This document shows positions 35,425-43,949 of a DNA stretch of 64,000 bases, piece by piece. The stretch lies in the IMG/VR virus record IMGVR_UViG_3300048905_000045; one strand, given 5' to 3'. Numbering within the stretch: the stretch's first letter is position 1; each line of letters begins with the position of its first letter. Under the pieces are notes generated by a model. That model saw only the letters and a program-made list of their open reading frames with translations. It was not told the origin of the DNA and ran no database searches. The stretch comes from an uncultured virus (IMG/VR IMGVR_UViG_3300048905_000045). Its lineage: Duplodnaviria; Heunggongvirae; Uroviricota; Caudoviricetes. The position numbers were made by a program, and so were the translations under genes.

Positions 35425-35670
35425 GTGATCGAGAACGTGACCAGCCCCGGAGCGTCCGTCGACGTCGCCCTCACCGCCCCCGGGGAACCGCTCTCCGTCG
35501 GAGACACCCCCATCGGCGTCGCCACCGACCATGGCGTGTCCCTCATCATCACCAGCTCCGACGGCAAGCGGGCCGTCCTGATCCTGAACCCCTCCGAAGC
35601 GATCGTTCTCGGCGGTTCCATCCACAAGGCGGGCCGTGCCGCCCGGAAATCCGCGAGGGCCGCCGAATGA
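35425..35670 (+). CDS. Hypothetical protein, first gene of the rightward arm
   Basis: AGGAG RBS, GTG. Confidence 0.75.
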   Translation: MIENVTSPGASVDVALTAPGEPLSVGDTPIGVATDHGVSLIITSSDGKRAVLILNPSEAIVLGGSIHKAGRAARKSARAAE

Positions 35671-35996
35671 GCGCCGCCCCCGGCAACGAACACGCCCACA
35701 TCCACGCCAAGACCATGCACCGCTACCACGAGGACGCCGCCAAGACCTGCCGCCTCCTCGTCGGGGTCTTCACCGCCGTCGCCGTCCTCGACGGGTGGAT
35801 GTTCGTCACCACCGAAGCTGTCCCCTTCGCCTTTGCCGCCGGACTCGCCCTCGCCGCGATCATCACCGGGGCCATCTGGTTCACACATCACGGCAAGCAG
35901 ACCGCCGCGTGGCAGGACCGGCTCAACGTCCTCGAAGGCGGACGCCGGGACCGCAAAATCCACGCCCCCCACCCCTTCAACTCAGGACAGTGGTAG
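35667..35996 (+). CDS. Two-TM membrane protein
   Basis: ATGA overlap; hydrophobic helices. Confidence 0.75.
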   Translation: MSAAPGNEHAHIHAKTMHRYHEDAAKTCRLLVGVFTAVAVLDGWMFVTTEAVPFAFAAGLALAAIITGAIWFTHHGKQTAAWQDRLNVLEGGRRDRKIHAPHPFNSGQW

Positions 35997-36087
35997 CCGT
36001 GGCCTCTCCCTACTCCCACCCGTCGATGCCCGGAACCCCGGCCGACTTCCCCGGCCACGTCACGGCCTCCCCGAAAGGACTCTCCCC

Positions 36088-36252
36088 ATGGCACGACACA
36101 TGTACCGCAGACACCGCCGTCGTATCGAGCGTCAACTGGCACGGCGATCTGCTGGCGCAGGCTACCGCTTTCATGACACAGCCCTTGGACTCGCCGGAGT
36201 GTTCTTCCTCCTCGGCCTCCTCATCGCTCTGAAGCAGGTGCTCGGTGGCTGA
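36088..36252 (+). CDS. Small membrane protein
   Basis: GAAAGGA RBS; C-terminal TM helix. Confidence 0.7.
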   Translation: MARHMYRRHRRRIERQLARRSAGAGYRFHDTALGLAGVFFLLGLLIALKQVLGG

Positions 36253-36442
36253 CTACCCCTTCGCGCACGCCGCCCAGACCGACGAGGACAAGGACGTGTC
36301 CTTCACCCTCACGGCCACAGGCCTGCACCCCGAGTTCATGGCGCTGTTGACCGGGATGCACCCGGCGCACTTCGACGCCGAAGGCCACGCGCTGGTCGAG
36401 GGCATCATCGAGCGGAAAGAAGCCACCGATGGCAAGTCCTGA
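36245..36442 (+). CDS. Hypothetical protein
   Basis: Operon packing. Confidence 0.7.
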   Translation: MADYPFAHAAQTDEDKDVSFTLTATGLHPEFMALLTGMHPAHFDAEGHALVEGIIERKEATDGKS

Positions 36443-36752
36443 AGAACGGGTCGAGACGGCCCGGCAGTTCATCATTGGCGGCCGGGGCCACGGCAAGAAC
36501 TCCCATCTCGCCCACCTCCGCAAGCTGGAAGCGGCCATGCGCGAGCTGTACCCGCCGGTCCCGCCTGCCGAAGTTGTCGGCAACCTGAGTGTGCGCTGGT
36601 CCTGCCCGAGGCCTACTGCACCGGTGTACCCGGTCGGCAGTATGGGCTGGCTCGACCAGCAGACCCGCCTCGCCACTGAGGGGAAGACAACCATCCCCCA
36701 GATCGTCGCCCAGATGCAGGCGGCCCGGTCCGCCAGCGGGACAGGGAAGTGA
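36429..36752 (+). CDS. Hypothetical protein with a P-loop-like motif
   Basis: IIGGRGHGKN. Confidence 0.7.
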   Translation: MASPEERVETARQFIIGGRGHGKNSHLAHLRKLEAAMRELYPPVPPAEVVGNLSVRWSCPRPTAPVYPVGSMGWLDQQTRLATEGKTTIPQIVAQMQAARSASGTGK

Positions 36753-36784
36753 TGGGGCACCTGACAACGAGGTCAGCGGAACTG

Positions 36785-37033
36785 ATGACCGAGCACATCC
36801 ACAAGCCCGTCCCCGTGATGGCCGTACAGGTCACCAACGCGAACGCCGACAGCATCCGCCAGATGCTCAACGGCAAGCTGTATCAGGACCCGGCCGGGGG
36901 CGGCCTGCGCATCTACTTCCACTGCTGTAACGGGCGCCAGTCCGTCGGCTGGGGCGGCTGGGTGCTGAAGGACAAGAAAGGCTTCAGGTCGATGACCAAC
37001 GAAGAATTTACCGAAGAATACGAGGAGAAGTAA
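36785..37033 (+). CDS. Hypothetical protein
   Basis: 'KPVPVMAVQ...WVLKD...FTEEYE'. Confidence 0.7.
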   Translation: MTEHIHKPVPVMAVQVTNANADSIRQMLNGKLYQDPAGGGLRIYFHCCNGRQSVGWGGWVLKDKKGFRSMTNEEFTEEYEEK

Positions 37034-37366
37034 GTGAATACCCCCATTACCCTGTACCCGGTGCACAACACCGTCGAGGCCATGCAGTTCACCGGCACAG
37101 GCGAGTCCGCATGGGCTATCGCCAAGTGGCTTCAGGAGTCCACCAAGGGCAAGCGGGCCGAGCCCCACCTGACGCTCAGCTACACCGAGAGCCTTTACGG
37201 CCCCTCGGAGTTCTCCTTCAGCACCGGGACCGACACCTACGAGCTGAGCTACCGCGACTGGGTCATCAAGGACGGGGACCTGTTCTCCGTCGTCCGCGGG
37301 CAGGACCTCCCGTACCGCTACGTCAACGGCATCGACAAGATCAAGCTCGAAGCGGGGATGTCCTGA
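37034..37366 (+). CDS. Hypothetical protein, paralogue-like of the preceding gene
   Basis: 'VEAMQFTG...DWVIKDG'. Confidence 0.75.
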   Translation: MNTPITLYPVHNTVEAMQFTGTGESAWAIAKWLQESTKGKRAEPHLTLSYTESLYGPSEFSFSTGTDTYELSYRDWVIKDGDLFSVVRGQDLPYRYVNGIDKIKLEAGMS

Positions 37367-37548
37367 TGGCCCGCCCCCGCCTCGGCTCCGCGGCCAAGAA
37401 CACCGTCGGCTCCGTCCGCCTCACCCGCTCCGAGGCAGAAGCCCTCGAAGAAGAATTCGACACCGTCAACAGGGCACTGCGCGCGCTGGTCAACGACCAC
37501 CTCGCCAAGCGTGCCGCCCTCCGCAAGAAAGCAGGACCGACCAAGTGA
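37366..37548 (+). CDS. Small ribbon-helix-helix-like DNA-binding protein
   Basis: MARPRLG...SVRLTRSEAEAL...RALRALV. Confidence 0.6.
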   Translation: MARPRLGSAAKNTVGSVRLTRSEAEALEEEFDTVNRALRALVNDHLAKRAALRKKAGPTK

Positions 37549-37787
37549 GGCTTCTCGTTTTCGCCAAAGACCTCAACGACTTCAAGGCGTGGTGCTGGGA
37601 GCGGCAGATTCCGCTGATGCACGCCACCTATGTGCACCGCACCGACCAGTTGCACGCAGTGAACTGGCGCAACGCCCGGATCGCCCGTACCGCGCACGCC
37701 AGCCTGCACCCGAACAGCGCTGACATCGAGTCGTACATCTCGAACCACCCCTCGCTCGCTCCTGCCCAGAAGGACGGCCGCGCATGA
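37545..37787 (+). CDS. Hypothetical protein
   Basis: 4-bp overlaps. Confidence 0.7.
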   Translation: MRLLVFAKDLNDFKAWCWERQIPLMHATYVHRTDQLHAVNWRNARIARTAHASLHPNSADIESYISNHPSLAPAQKDGRA

Positions 37788-38365
37788 GGGCCGTCAGGTT
37801 CGCCAAGAGCCTCGAACCCCTGCTCGTTCCCATCGACCGGGTCCGCCAGCACCCGGAAAACCCCAACAACGGGGACGATGAGGCCGTGCTGGAGTCCGTT
37901 CAGGTCAACGGCTTCTACACCGCAGTCACCGCAGACCCCACCACCGGCTACATCGTCGCCGGAAACACCCGCTACCGGGTGCTGTGTGCCCTGAACGCGA
38001 CCCACATTCCCGTTATCTGGGAGGACAAGGACGTTGACGGCCAGCGGCGCATCCTTGTGGGCGACAACAAGCTGGGAAAGCTCGCCGTCATCGACGATTC
38101 GGCGCAGATTGAACTGCTGAAGCGGCTCCAAGAGACCGAAATGGGCCTCGTCGGGTCCGGCTTCACGGAAGAATCCTTCGCGAAGTACCTCAACGACATC
38201 GAGCTGATGAAATCCATGCCCATCGGGGACGGATTCGGCGCCGGAGGGCCCGCCCCGTCCGGCATCCATCAGGTCGTGCTCGAATTCGACAGCGAGGACG
38301 ACCGCGACATGGCGTTCGCGGAGCTGGTGGAGCGCTACGACAACGTCAGGACGGTGAACCTGTGA
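37784..38365 (+). CDS. ParB/Srx N-terminal domain protein
   Basis: 'HPENPN...SVQVNGF...IVAGNTRY...DNKL'. Confidence 0.88.
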   Translation: MRAVRFAKSLEPLLVPIDRVRQHPENPNNGDDEAVLESVQVNGFYTAVTADPTTGYIVAGNTRYRVLCALNATHIPVIWEDKDVDGQRRILVGDNKLGKLAVIDDSAQIELLKRLQETEMGLVGSGFTEESFAKYLNDIELMKSMPIGDGFGAGGPAPSGIHQVVLEFDSEDDRDMAFAELVERYDNVRTVNL

Positions 38366-38508
38366 GCCACAACGACAGTACCCATGAAGGAGTCATCGGG
38401 AGGGTGGAAGTTCCGGCAATTATGGACGTCCCGCCTTTTAGGGGTCTGGACGAGATGGTAACGCTGGACTTGCACGCCGACGGTTGCGTTAGCTGGTGGA
38501 AGTCATGA
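38362..38508 (+). CDS. 48-aa hypothetical protein (not in the ORF track)
   Basis: GTGA and ATGA overlaps exactly fill the gap. Confidence 0.55.
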   Translation: MSHNDSTHEGVIGRVEVPAIMDVPPFRGLDEMVTLDLHADGCVSWWKS

Positions 38509-39047
38509 GCGAAGGACCTATCCCCGGGAGCGTCAAGGCCATCGACGCCGCCATCGAGAAGGGCAAGGACCCCAACGCGGACCTGAACACCGTGGACAAG
38601 TCCGCGACCAAGGCTCAGGCCGCGCTGGCACTGAAGCTCTACGGCGCCAGCCACACCCAGATCGCCGAACAGCTCGGCTACTCCTCCGCCGCCCGGGCAC
38701 GGGCCGCCATCGAACGCCTGCTGGCCTCCTCCGCGGACTCGGCCGAGGACCGTGACATGATGCGCGAGCTGATCGGCCGCCGCCTCGACCGGCTCCTCCA
38801 GTCGACCATGGGCAAGGCCATCGACCCGCGCGAGAAGGACCATCTGGCCTACAACGCCCGCGCGCTGGCCATCATCGACCGGCAGGCGAAGCTGTGGGGC
38901 GTGGATGCGCCCACCCAAATCCAGTTCACCCCCACCGACCAGCACATCGACGCGTACATCCAGAAGATCAGGCCCCTCGCGGAGGCCGACGTCGCCGGGG
39001 AAGAAGCAGACATCTTCGACGCCGAAGTCATTGAGGAGGACGACTGA
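38505..39047 (+). CDS. HTH protein, probable terminase small subunit
   Basis: 'ALALKLYGASHTQIAEQLGYS'; 'RQAKLWGVDAP'; lies upstream of terL. Confidence 0.65.
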   Translation: MSEGPIPGSVKAIDAAIEKGKDPNADLNTVDKSATKAQAALALKLYGASHTQIAEQLGYSSAARARAAIERLLASSADSAEDRDMMRELIGRRLDRLLQSTMGKAIDPREKDHLAYNARALAIIDRQAKLWGVDAPTQIQFTPTDQHIDAYIQKIRPLAEADVAGEEADIFDAEVIEEDD

Positions 39048-39430
39048 TGGCGAACCCGCACCCGGGCCTCCAAGGCTTCGCCGACCCGGAGAAGGAAGGC
39101 TGGCGGGAGGAGGCGCTGGCCCGGGTTATGGGCCGGGGGAAAAAGACGAAGCGGAACACCGAACGCAAGAACGGCATGTTCCTGTTCTTCGACGACGGCT
39201 TCCGGGTCCTGCTGGACGAGGCCGCCCGCCGCCGGAACATCTCGATGACCGGCTACCTGCGCCGGGCCGCCGCCGCGATGATCGCCTTCGACCTCGGCAT
39301 CAACATCACGGAGGCACTGAAGCACACCGCCTACCCGGCCGGATACGGGGAGCTGGGCGGCGGGGCGCAGAAGCACCCGCACGACACCGGAGAGGGCCGC
39401 GGCAACTGGACGATCAGGGGGCTGGACTGA
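39047..39430 (+). CDS. RHH-like DNA-binding protein
   Basis: 'LLDEAARRRNISMTGYLRRAA'. Confidence 0.6.
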   Translation: MANPHPGLQGFADPEKEGWREEALARVMGRGKKTKRNTERKNGMFLFFDDGFRVLLDEAARRRNISMTGYLRRAAAAMIAFDLGINITEALKHTAYPAGYGELGGGAQKHPHDTGEGRGNWTIRGLD

Positions 39431-39431
39431 C

Positions 39432-39620
39432 ATGGCATTCGTGCACACTATCGAAATTGAGCTGGACGAGACGCTGAAGGCCGGGGCGCTGAAGGCATTT
39501 CTGGAGAAGGTGCCGGACACCGCGGTACTGAAAACCGTCATCACCGTCATCCCGAAGGACCGGCCGTTCGACTCGGAACGCCGGTCGGCGACACTGAAAG
39601 CGCGCTGGATCGAAGGGTAG
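39432..39620 (+). CDS. Hypothetical protein
   Basis: Operon packing. Confidence 0.7.
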   Translation: MAFVHTIEIELDETLKAGALKAFLEKVPDTAVLKTVITVIPKDRPFDSERRSATLKARWIEG

Positions 39621-39624
39621 TATC

Positions 39625-39659
39625 GGGGGCGCCTACCGTTAATTCGGATAGGCGCCCCC
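39625..39659. terminator. Long GC hairpin
   Basis: GGGGGCGCCTACCG...CGGATAGGCGCCCCC. Confidence 0.55.
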
Positions 39660-39672
39660 TAGCATTGGTGGC

Positions 39673-40074
39673 ATGTACGAATATTCCGCCACAGTGATGC
39701 GTTGGGTCGACGGGGATACCGTTGACCTCCGTGTCGACCTCGGCTTCCACACCTTCATCGAGACGCGGTTCCGACTGTACGGCATCGACACTCCCGAGCG
39801 GGGCCAGAAGAACCACGATGAGGCGACTGCGCTCTGCAATTCCCTCGCACCTGTCGGCAGTAAGGTCGTGCTGAAAAGCCACAAGCCGTCCGCCATCGAG
39901 GAGGACAAGTACGGAAGGTGGCTCGCCGAGGTTGGCATTGACGTCGTCCGCAACCGGGACACCGGGCAGGTGGCGGTAATGGAACTTCCCGGCGGCGTCA
40001 GCGTCAACAGGAGCCTGATCGAAGCAGGGCTCGCCGTGCGCTACCTCGGCGGCACCAAGGGCGTGGCGGTCTGA
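39673..40074 (+). CDS. Thermonuclease (SNase-like)
   Basis: VDGDT; RLYGIDTPE; DKYGRWLA; VNRSLIEAGLA. Confidence 0.92.
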   Translation: MYEYSATVMRWVDGDTVDLRVDLGFHTFIETRFRLYGIDTPERGQKNHDEATALCNSLAPVGSKVVLKSHKPSAIEEDKYGRWLAEVGIDVVRNRDTGQVAVMELPGGVSVNRSLIEAGLAVRYLGGTKGVAV

Positions 40075-41606
40075 TGCCCCGGCCGCAGAAGCCGCTCGAC
40101 GTCAACGAGTGGAAGAAGTGGGACCAGAAGTCCAAGGACAAGTTCCTCGCCAAGCTACAGGACGCCGAGCGGCCCAAGCGCGTCTGGTACTGCAAGACTC
40201 CGGGCCGGAACTGCGACGGCAGGCCGCACAAGGGCTACGACTATCCGCACGCCCGCTCCGACCAGTGGCCCCCGGCAGGCAAGAACTGGGACACGTGGCT
40301 CCTGAAGGGCGGGCGCGGCTCCGGCAAGACCCGCTCCGGCTCCGAATGGGTCCGCGTCATGGCCCACACCCACGAGCGCGGCTCGATCATCGGCCCGACC
40401 GTCAAGCACGTCCGCTCCGTCATGGTCGAAGGCGACTCCGGCCTGCTCGCGGTGTTCGCCGCCGCCAAGGTCCACGCCGTCTACGAGCCGTCCAAGCAAC
40501 AGATCGTCGTCCCCTGCGAGTGCAGGCCCGGCGGCATCCTGCCCCTGCACCTGAACGGGCACATCATCCAGCTCTTTACCGGCGACGAACCCGAACGTCT
40601 CCGCGGCCCCCAGCACGCCTACGTCTGGCTGGACGAGCCCGCCCACTTCAAGCTCATCGACGCGGTCTGGGACAACATGCAGTTCGGCCTGCGCCTCGGC
40701 ACCCACCCCGTCGTGCTGTGCTCCACCACCCCGCTTCCGACGAAGTGGATGAAGGAACTGATCGCTGACGAGGGCACCGTCTCCGTCACGGTGTCCACCT
40801 ACGCGAACATGGACAACCTCGCGCCCAAGTTCAAGAAGGTGATGCTGAAGAAGTACGAAGGCACCCGGCTGGGCCGTCAGGAACTTCACGGCGAAGTGCT
40901 CGATGACATCAAGGGCGCGCTCTGGACGTGGGCGATGATCGACGACGACCGGATCGTGCCGACCGTGGACGAGGACGGCAACCTCGTCGGCGGCATCCGC
41001 AAGGAGGACATGGAGCGGATCGTCGTCGCCATCGACCCCGCGGGCACCTCCTCGAAGAAGCGTGACGAAACCGGCATCGTCGTGATCGGCAAGAAGGGTG
41101 ACCACTACTACGTCCTCGCGGACTACTCGGACCACTACACCCCCGACGGCTGGGCGAAGAAGGCGTGGTACGCGTACGACCTGTGGGAGGCAGACCTCAT
41201 CGTCGCGGAGAAGAACTACGGCGGCGAGATGGTGCTGTCCACCCTGCGCAACGTGCGCGACGACGGCAAGGTTGACCTCGTCACCTCCCGGCGCGGCAAG
41301 GAACTGCGCGCGGAGCCCGTTGTCGGCCTGTACGAACAGCACCGCGTCCACCACACGGCGAACTTCGGCGAGCTGGAACAGCAGATGTGCGAGTGGGTTC
41401 CCGGCGCCTCCGATTCCCCTGACCGGGTCGATGCGCTGGTGCACGGCGTTGTCAAGCTCTCCGAGGGCGGGGGCCCGGCCTCCGTCGCCATCCCGTCCGG
41501 GAATATTGGCCGCCCTCCACTCGGGTCCGCGGGGCGCTTTGGCCAGATCAACTTCTCCGATATGGCCGACTCGGTCGCTCTGCGCGGAGGACACAGCGCG
41601 GCGTAG
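40074..41606 (+). CDS. terL: Terminase large subunit
   Basis: GGRGSGKT; WLDE; IDPA; DETGI; PDRVDA. Confidence 0.95.
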   Translation: MPRPQKPLDVNEWKKWDQKSKDKFLAKLQDAERPKRVWYCKTPGRNCDGRPHKGYDYPHARSDQWPPAGKNWDTWLLKGGRGSGKTRSGSEWVRVMAHTHERGSIIGPTVKHVRSVMVEGDSGLLAVFAAAKVHAVYEPSKQQIVVPCECRPGGILPLHLNGHIIQLFTGDEPERLRGPQHAYVWLDEPAHFKLIDAVWDNMQFGLRLGTHPVVLCSTTPLPTKWMKELIADEGTVSVTVSTYANMDNLAPKFKKVMLKKYEGTRLGRQELHGEVLDDIKGALWTWAMIDDDRIVPTVDEDGNLVGGIRKEDMERIVVAIDPAGTSSKKRDETGIVVIGKKGDHYYVLADYSDHYTPDGWAKKAWYAYDLWEADLIVAEKNYGGEMVLSTLRNVRDDGKVDLVTSRRGKELRAEPVVGLYEQHRVHHTANFGELEQQMCEWVPGASDSPDRVDALVHGVVKLSEGGGPASVAIPSGNIGRPPLGSAGRFGQINFSDMADSVALRGGHSAA

Positions 41607-41652
41607 AGGATATTGCCCGGGAACCGTATGACTGCACGGTACTCTCGTAAAC

Positions 41653-41964
41653 ATGATGGATGCCATTGCTATTGTCGCGGCCGTAATTGTCGGGACCTTC
41701 TCTGTTGCCCGGCTTACGCGTCTCGTCACTCAGGACACCTTCCCTCCCATCGTAGCTTTGCGGATGAAGTGGGACGCCCTGACCGAAGGCAGTAGCTGGA
41801 ACACCCTTTTTCATTGCCACTGGTGCATGGCGCCATGGCTCACTTTGCCCATCGGAGCGTGGGGATACCTCTCGGGACTCCACATTTCGTGGTGGCTGTT
41901 CAACGGATGGCTGGCCGCGGCCTACGTCGCAAGCATGATCGTAGAAAGAGACGAGGTCGAATAA
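41653..41964 (+). CDS. Membrane protein (DUF1360-like)
   Basis: 'RLTRLVTQD', 'CHWCMAPW'. Confidence 0.75.
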   Translation: MMDAIAIVAAVIVGTFSVARLTRLVTQDTFPPIVALRMKWDALTEGSSWNTLFHCHWCMAPWLTLPIGAWGYLSGLHISWWLFNGWLAAAYVASMIVERDEVE

Positions 41965-41967
41965 CGG

Positions 41968-43821
41968 ATGGCACGCACCCGCAAGGCGGAGGTTGCTAAG
42001 CCCGCAAACACACTGGTGGCCTCTGCCGCCCGAATGAACAGCGGCAACGCCTTCAAGAACTTCAGCCGCATTGCGCGGTCAACGTCATGGCAACCCGATG
42101 CGTGGATTTTCTATCACACCATCGGCGAGTTCCGGTATGCGTGCGACCTGCAAGGCTCCCTCATCAGCCGCGCCACCCTCTTTGTCGGGCGCGAAGTCGG
42201 CGGCAAGCACGTCCCCGAGCAGACCGGCCCCGCCGTTGATGTCCTCGCCGACTTCTTTGGCGACGCTGACGGCCGCGCAGAAATGCTCCGCCTTGCCGGT
42301 ATTCACCTTGCCGTCGCCGGAGAGTTCTTCATCGTCGGCTACACCGACCCCGAAGACGAGCAGGACGTGTGGCAGATCGTGGCCGCCACCGCCATCAAGC
42401 GGCAGGGCGACGACGGCCCGTGGTCCGTCAACAACATCCAGATCGACCTTGACCCCAAGGACGTCTTCGTCACCCGCATCTGGCGGCCGGACCCGGAGAA
42501 CAACGAACTGGCGATGTCCCCCACCCGGGCCGTCCTCGCCATCCTCGGCGAAATCCACCGCCTCACCGAGCACGTCGCCGCGCAGGTCGACTCCCGCCTC
42601 GCCGGGGCAGGCATCCTCCTCATGCCCTCGGACATGTCCCTGCCGACGCCGCCCGCCGTCGAGGGCGCCGAGCAGAAGACCGCGAACACCGCCGACGAAC
42701 TCATGGTCATCCTCCAGACCGCCATGGCCGCGTCAATCCAGAACCGGGGCGACGCGTCCGCGCTGGTCCCCATCGTCGTCACGGCCCCCGCCGAGGCAAT
42801 TGCCGCGGTCCAGCACATGACCTTCTGGTCGGAGCTGGACCAGCACGCCATCGAACTGCGCACCGAAGCGATCCGCCGCCTCGCCCTCGGCATGGACCTG
42901 CCGCCCGAAATGCTCCTCGGCATGGGCGCAGGCAACCACTGGTCCGCGTGGCAGGCCGACGAGTCCGCGATCAAGGCGCACTCCGAACCGCTCCTGAAGC
43001 TCATCACCTCCTCGCTCACCGCCGGATACCTGCGCTCCACCCTCCGTGATGAAGGTGTGGCCGAGGACGAAATCGCCCAGCTCTCGATCCGCGCGGACAC
43101 CTCCGAAATGCGCCTGCGGCCCAACCGGTCCAAGGAAGCGATGGAGATGTACGACCGGGGCGAACTCTCCGGCAAGGCCCTCCTGCGCGAAACCGGATTC
43201 GACACCACCGACGCAATGGACGACGAGGAACGCGCTTCGTGGTTCCTGCGCAAGGTCGCCGCCGGGTCCACCACCCCGGAACTGGTCGAAGCCGCACTCC
43301 GGGCGCTGAAGGTCCCGCTTGGGAACATCCCGAAGCCGGCCGATTCCCCCGGCACCACCGAGGCTCGGCCGACGCCGTCGCTGAAGGACCACCCGGTCAA
43401 CGAACCGCCGGACCCGCAGAAGTCTGAGACACGCAAGATTGCCCGCGACGAGGGCCGCGTCCCGAGCGCCGACATCGCCCGCAAGGCAGCTCTGATTGCG
43501 TCCGCCGAGCAGGTCGTGGTCCGGGCACTGGAGCGGGCCGGGAACAAGCTGAAGAACAAGATGCAGGTGAAGCCGTCCTGCGCGGCCGCTGACATCTACA
43601 AGTTCGTCACCATCACCGATGCTGACACCACATTCCTGCTCGACGACGCGTGGGCGCACATCCCCGCCATCGCCGAGCGGTACGCCATGGACGAGAACCG
43701 GCTCATCGGCATCGTGAACGCGTACACCGATGACCTGCTGATGACGCAGGCGCCGCACACCTTCGATCGGTTCGAGGAGTACGCCAGCGGGCGGCTGACC
43801 AAGATGGGAGCTTTCGCGTGA
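41968..43821 (+). CDS. Portal protein
   Basis: Position after terL; 'IRRLALGMDLPPEMLLG...NHWSAW'. Confidence 0.88.
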   Translation: MARTRKAEVAKPANTLVASAARMNSGNAFKNFSRIARSTSWQPDAWIFYHTIGEFRYACDLQGSLISRATLFVGREVGGKHVPEQTGPAVDVLADFFGDADGRAEMLRLAGIHLAVAGEFFIVGYTDPEDEQDVWQIVAATAIKRQGDDGPWSVNNIQIDLDPKDVFVTRIWRPDPENNELAMSPTRAVLAILGEIHRLTEHVAAQVDSRLAGAGILLMPSDMSLPTPPAVEGAEQKTANTADELMVILQTAMAASIQNRGDASALVPIVVTAPAEAIAAVQHMTFWSELDQHAIELRTEAIRRLALGMDLPPEMLLGMGAGNHWSAWQADESAIKAHSEPLLKLITSSLTAGYLRSTLRDEGVAEDEIAQLSIRADTSEMRLRPNRSKEAMEMYDRGELSGKALLRETGFDTTDAMDDEERASWFLRKVAAGSTTPELVEAALRALKVPLGNIPKPADSPGTTEARPTPSLKDHPVNEPPDPQKSETRKIARDEGRVPSADIARKAALIASAEQVVVRALERAGNKLKNKMQVKPSCAAADIYKFVTITDADTTFLLDDAWAHIPAIAERYAMDENRLIGIVNAYTDDLLMTQAPHTFDRFEEYASGRLTKMGAFA

Positions 43822-43949
43822 TCCACGTATCCAACTGGTGGCAACGCCCACTGACCTGCCTGCTGGGGCTTCACCGCTTCCGGCCCCACCCCGGCGGCAT
43901 CCGCTGGAAGGTCTGCTACGTCTGCTTCGGCGAGAAGGAAACCCGATGA
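43818..43949 (+). CDS. 43-aa C/H zinc-binding protein (not in the ORF track)
   Basis: CLLGLH...CYVC; GTGA and ATGA overlaps. Confidence 0.7.
   Translation: MIHVSNWWQRPLTCLLGLHRFRPHPGGIRWKVCYVCFGEKETR

Noticed and set aside
36429..36752. Second terminase or ATPase suggested by GGRGHGKN
   Set aside because: Only 107 aa with no Walker B; at most a fragment
37784..38365. ParB-like protein as reader of the palindromes (parS model)
   Set aside because: Only the N-terminal ParB/Srx domain is evident, with no HTH and no parA; the motif differs from the canonical parS
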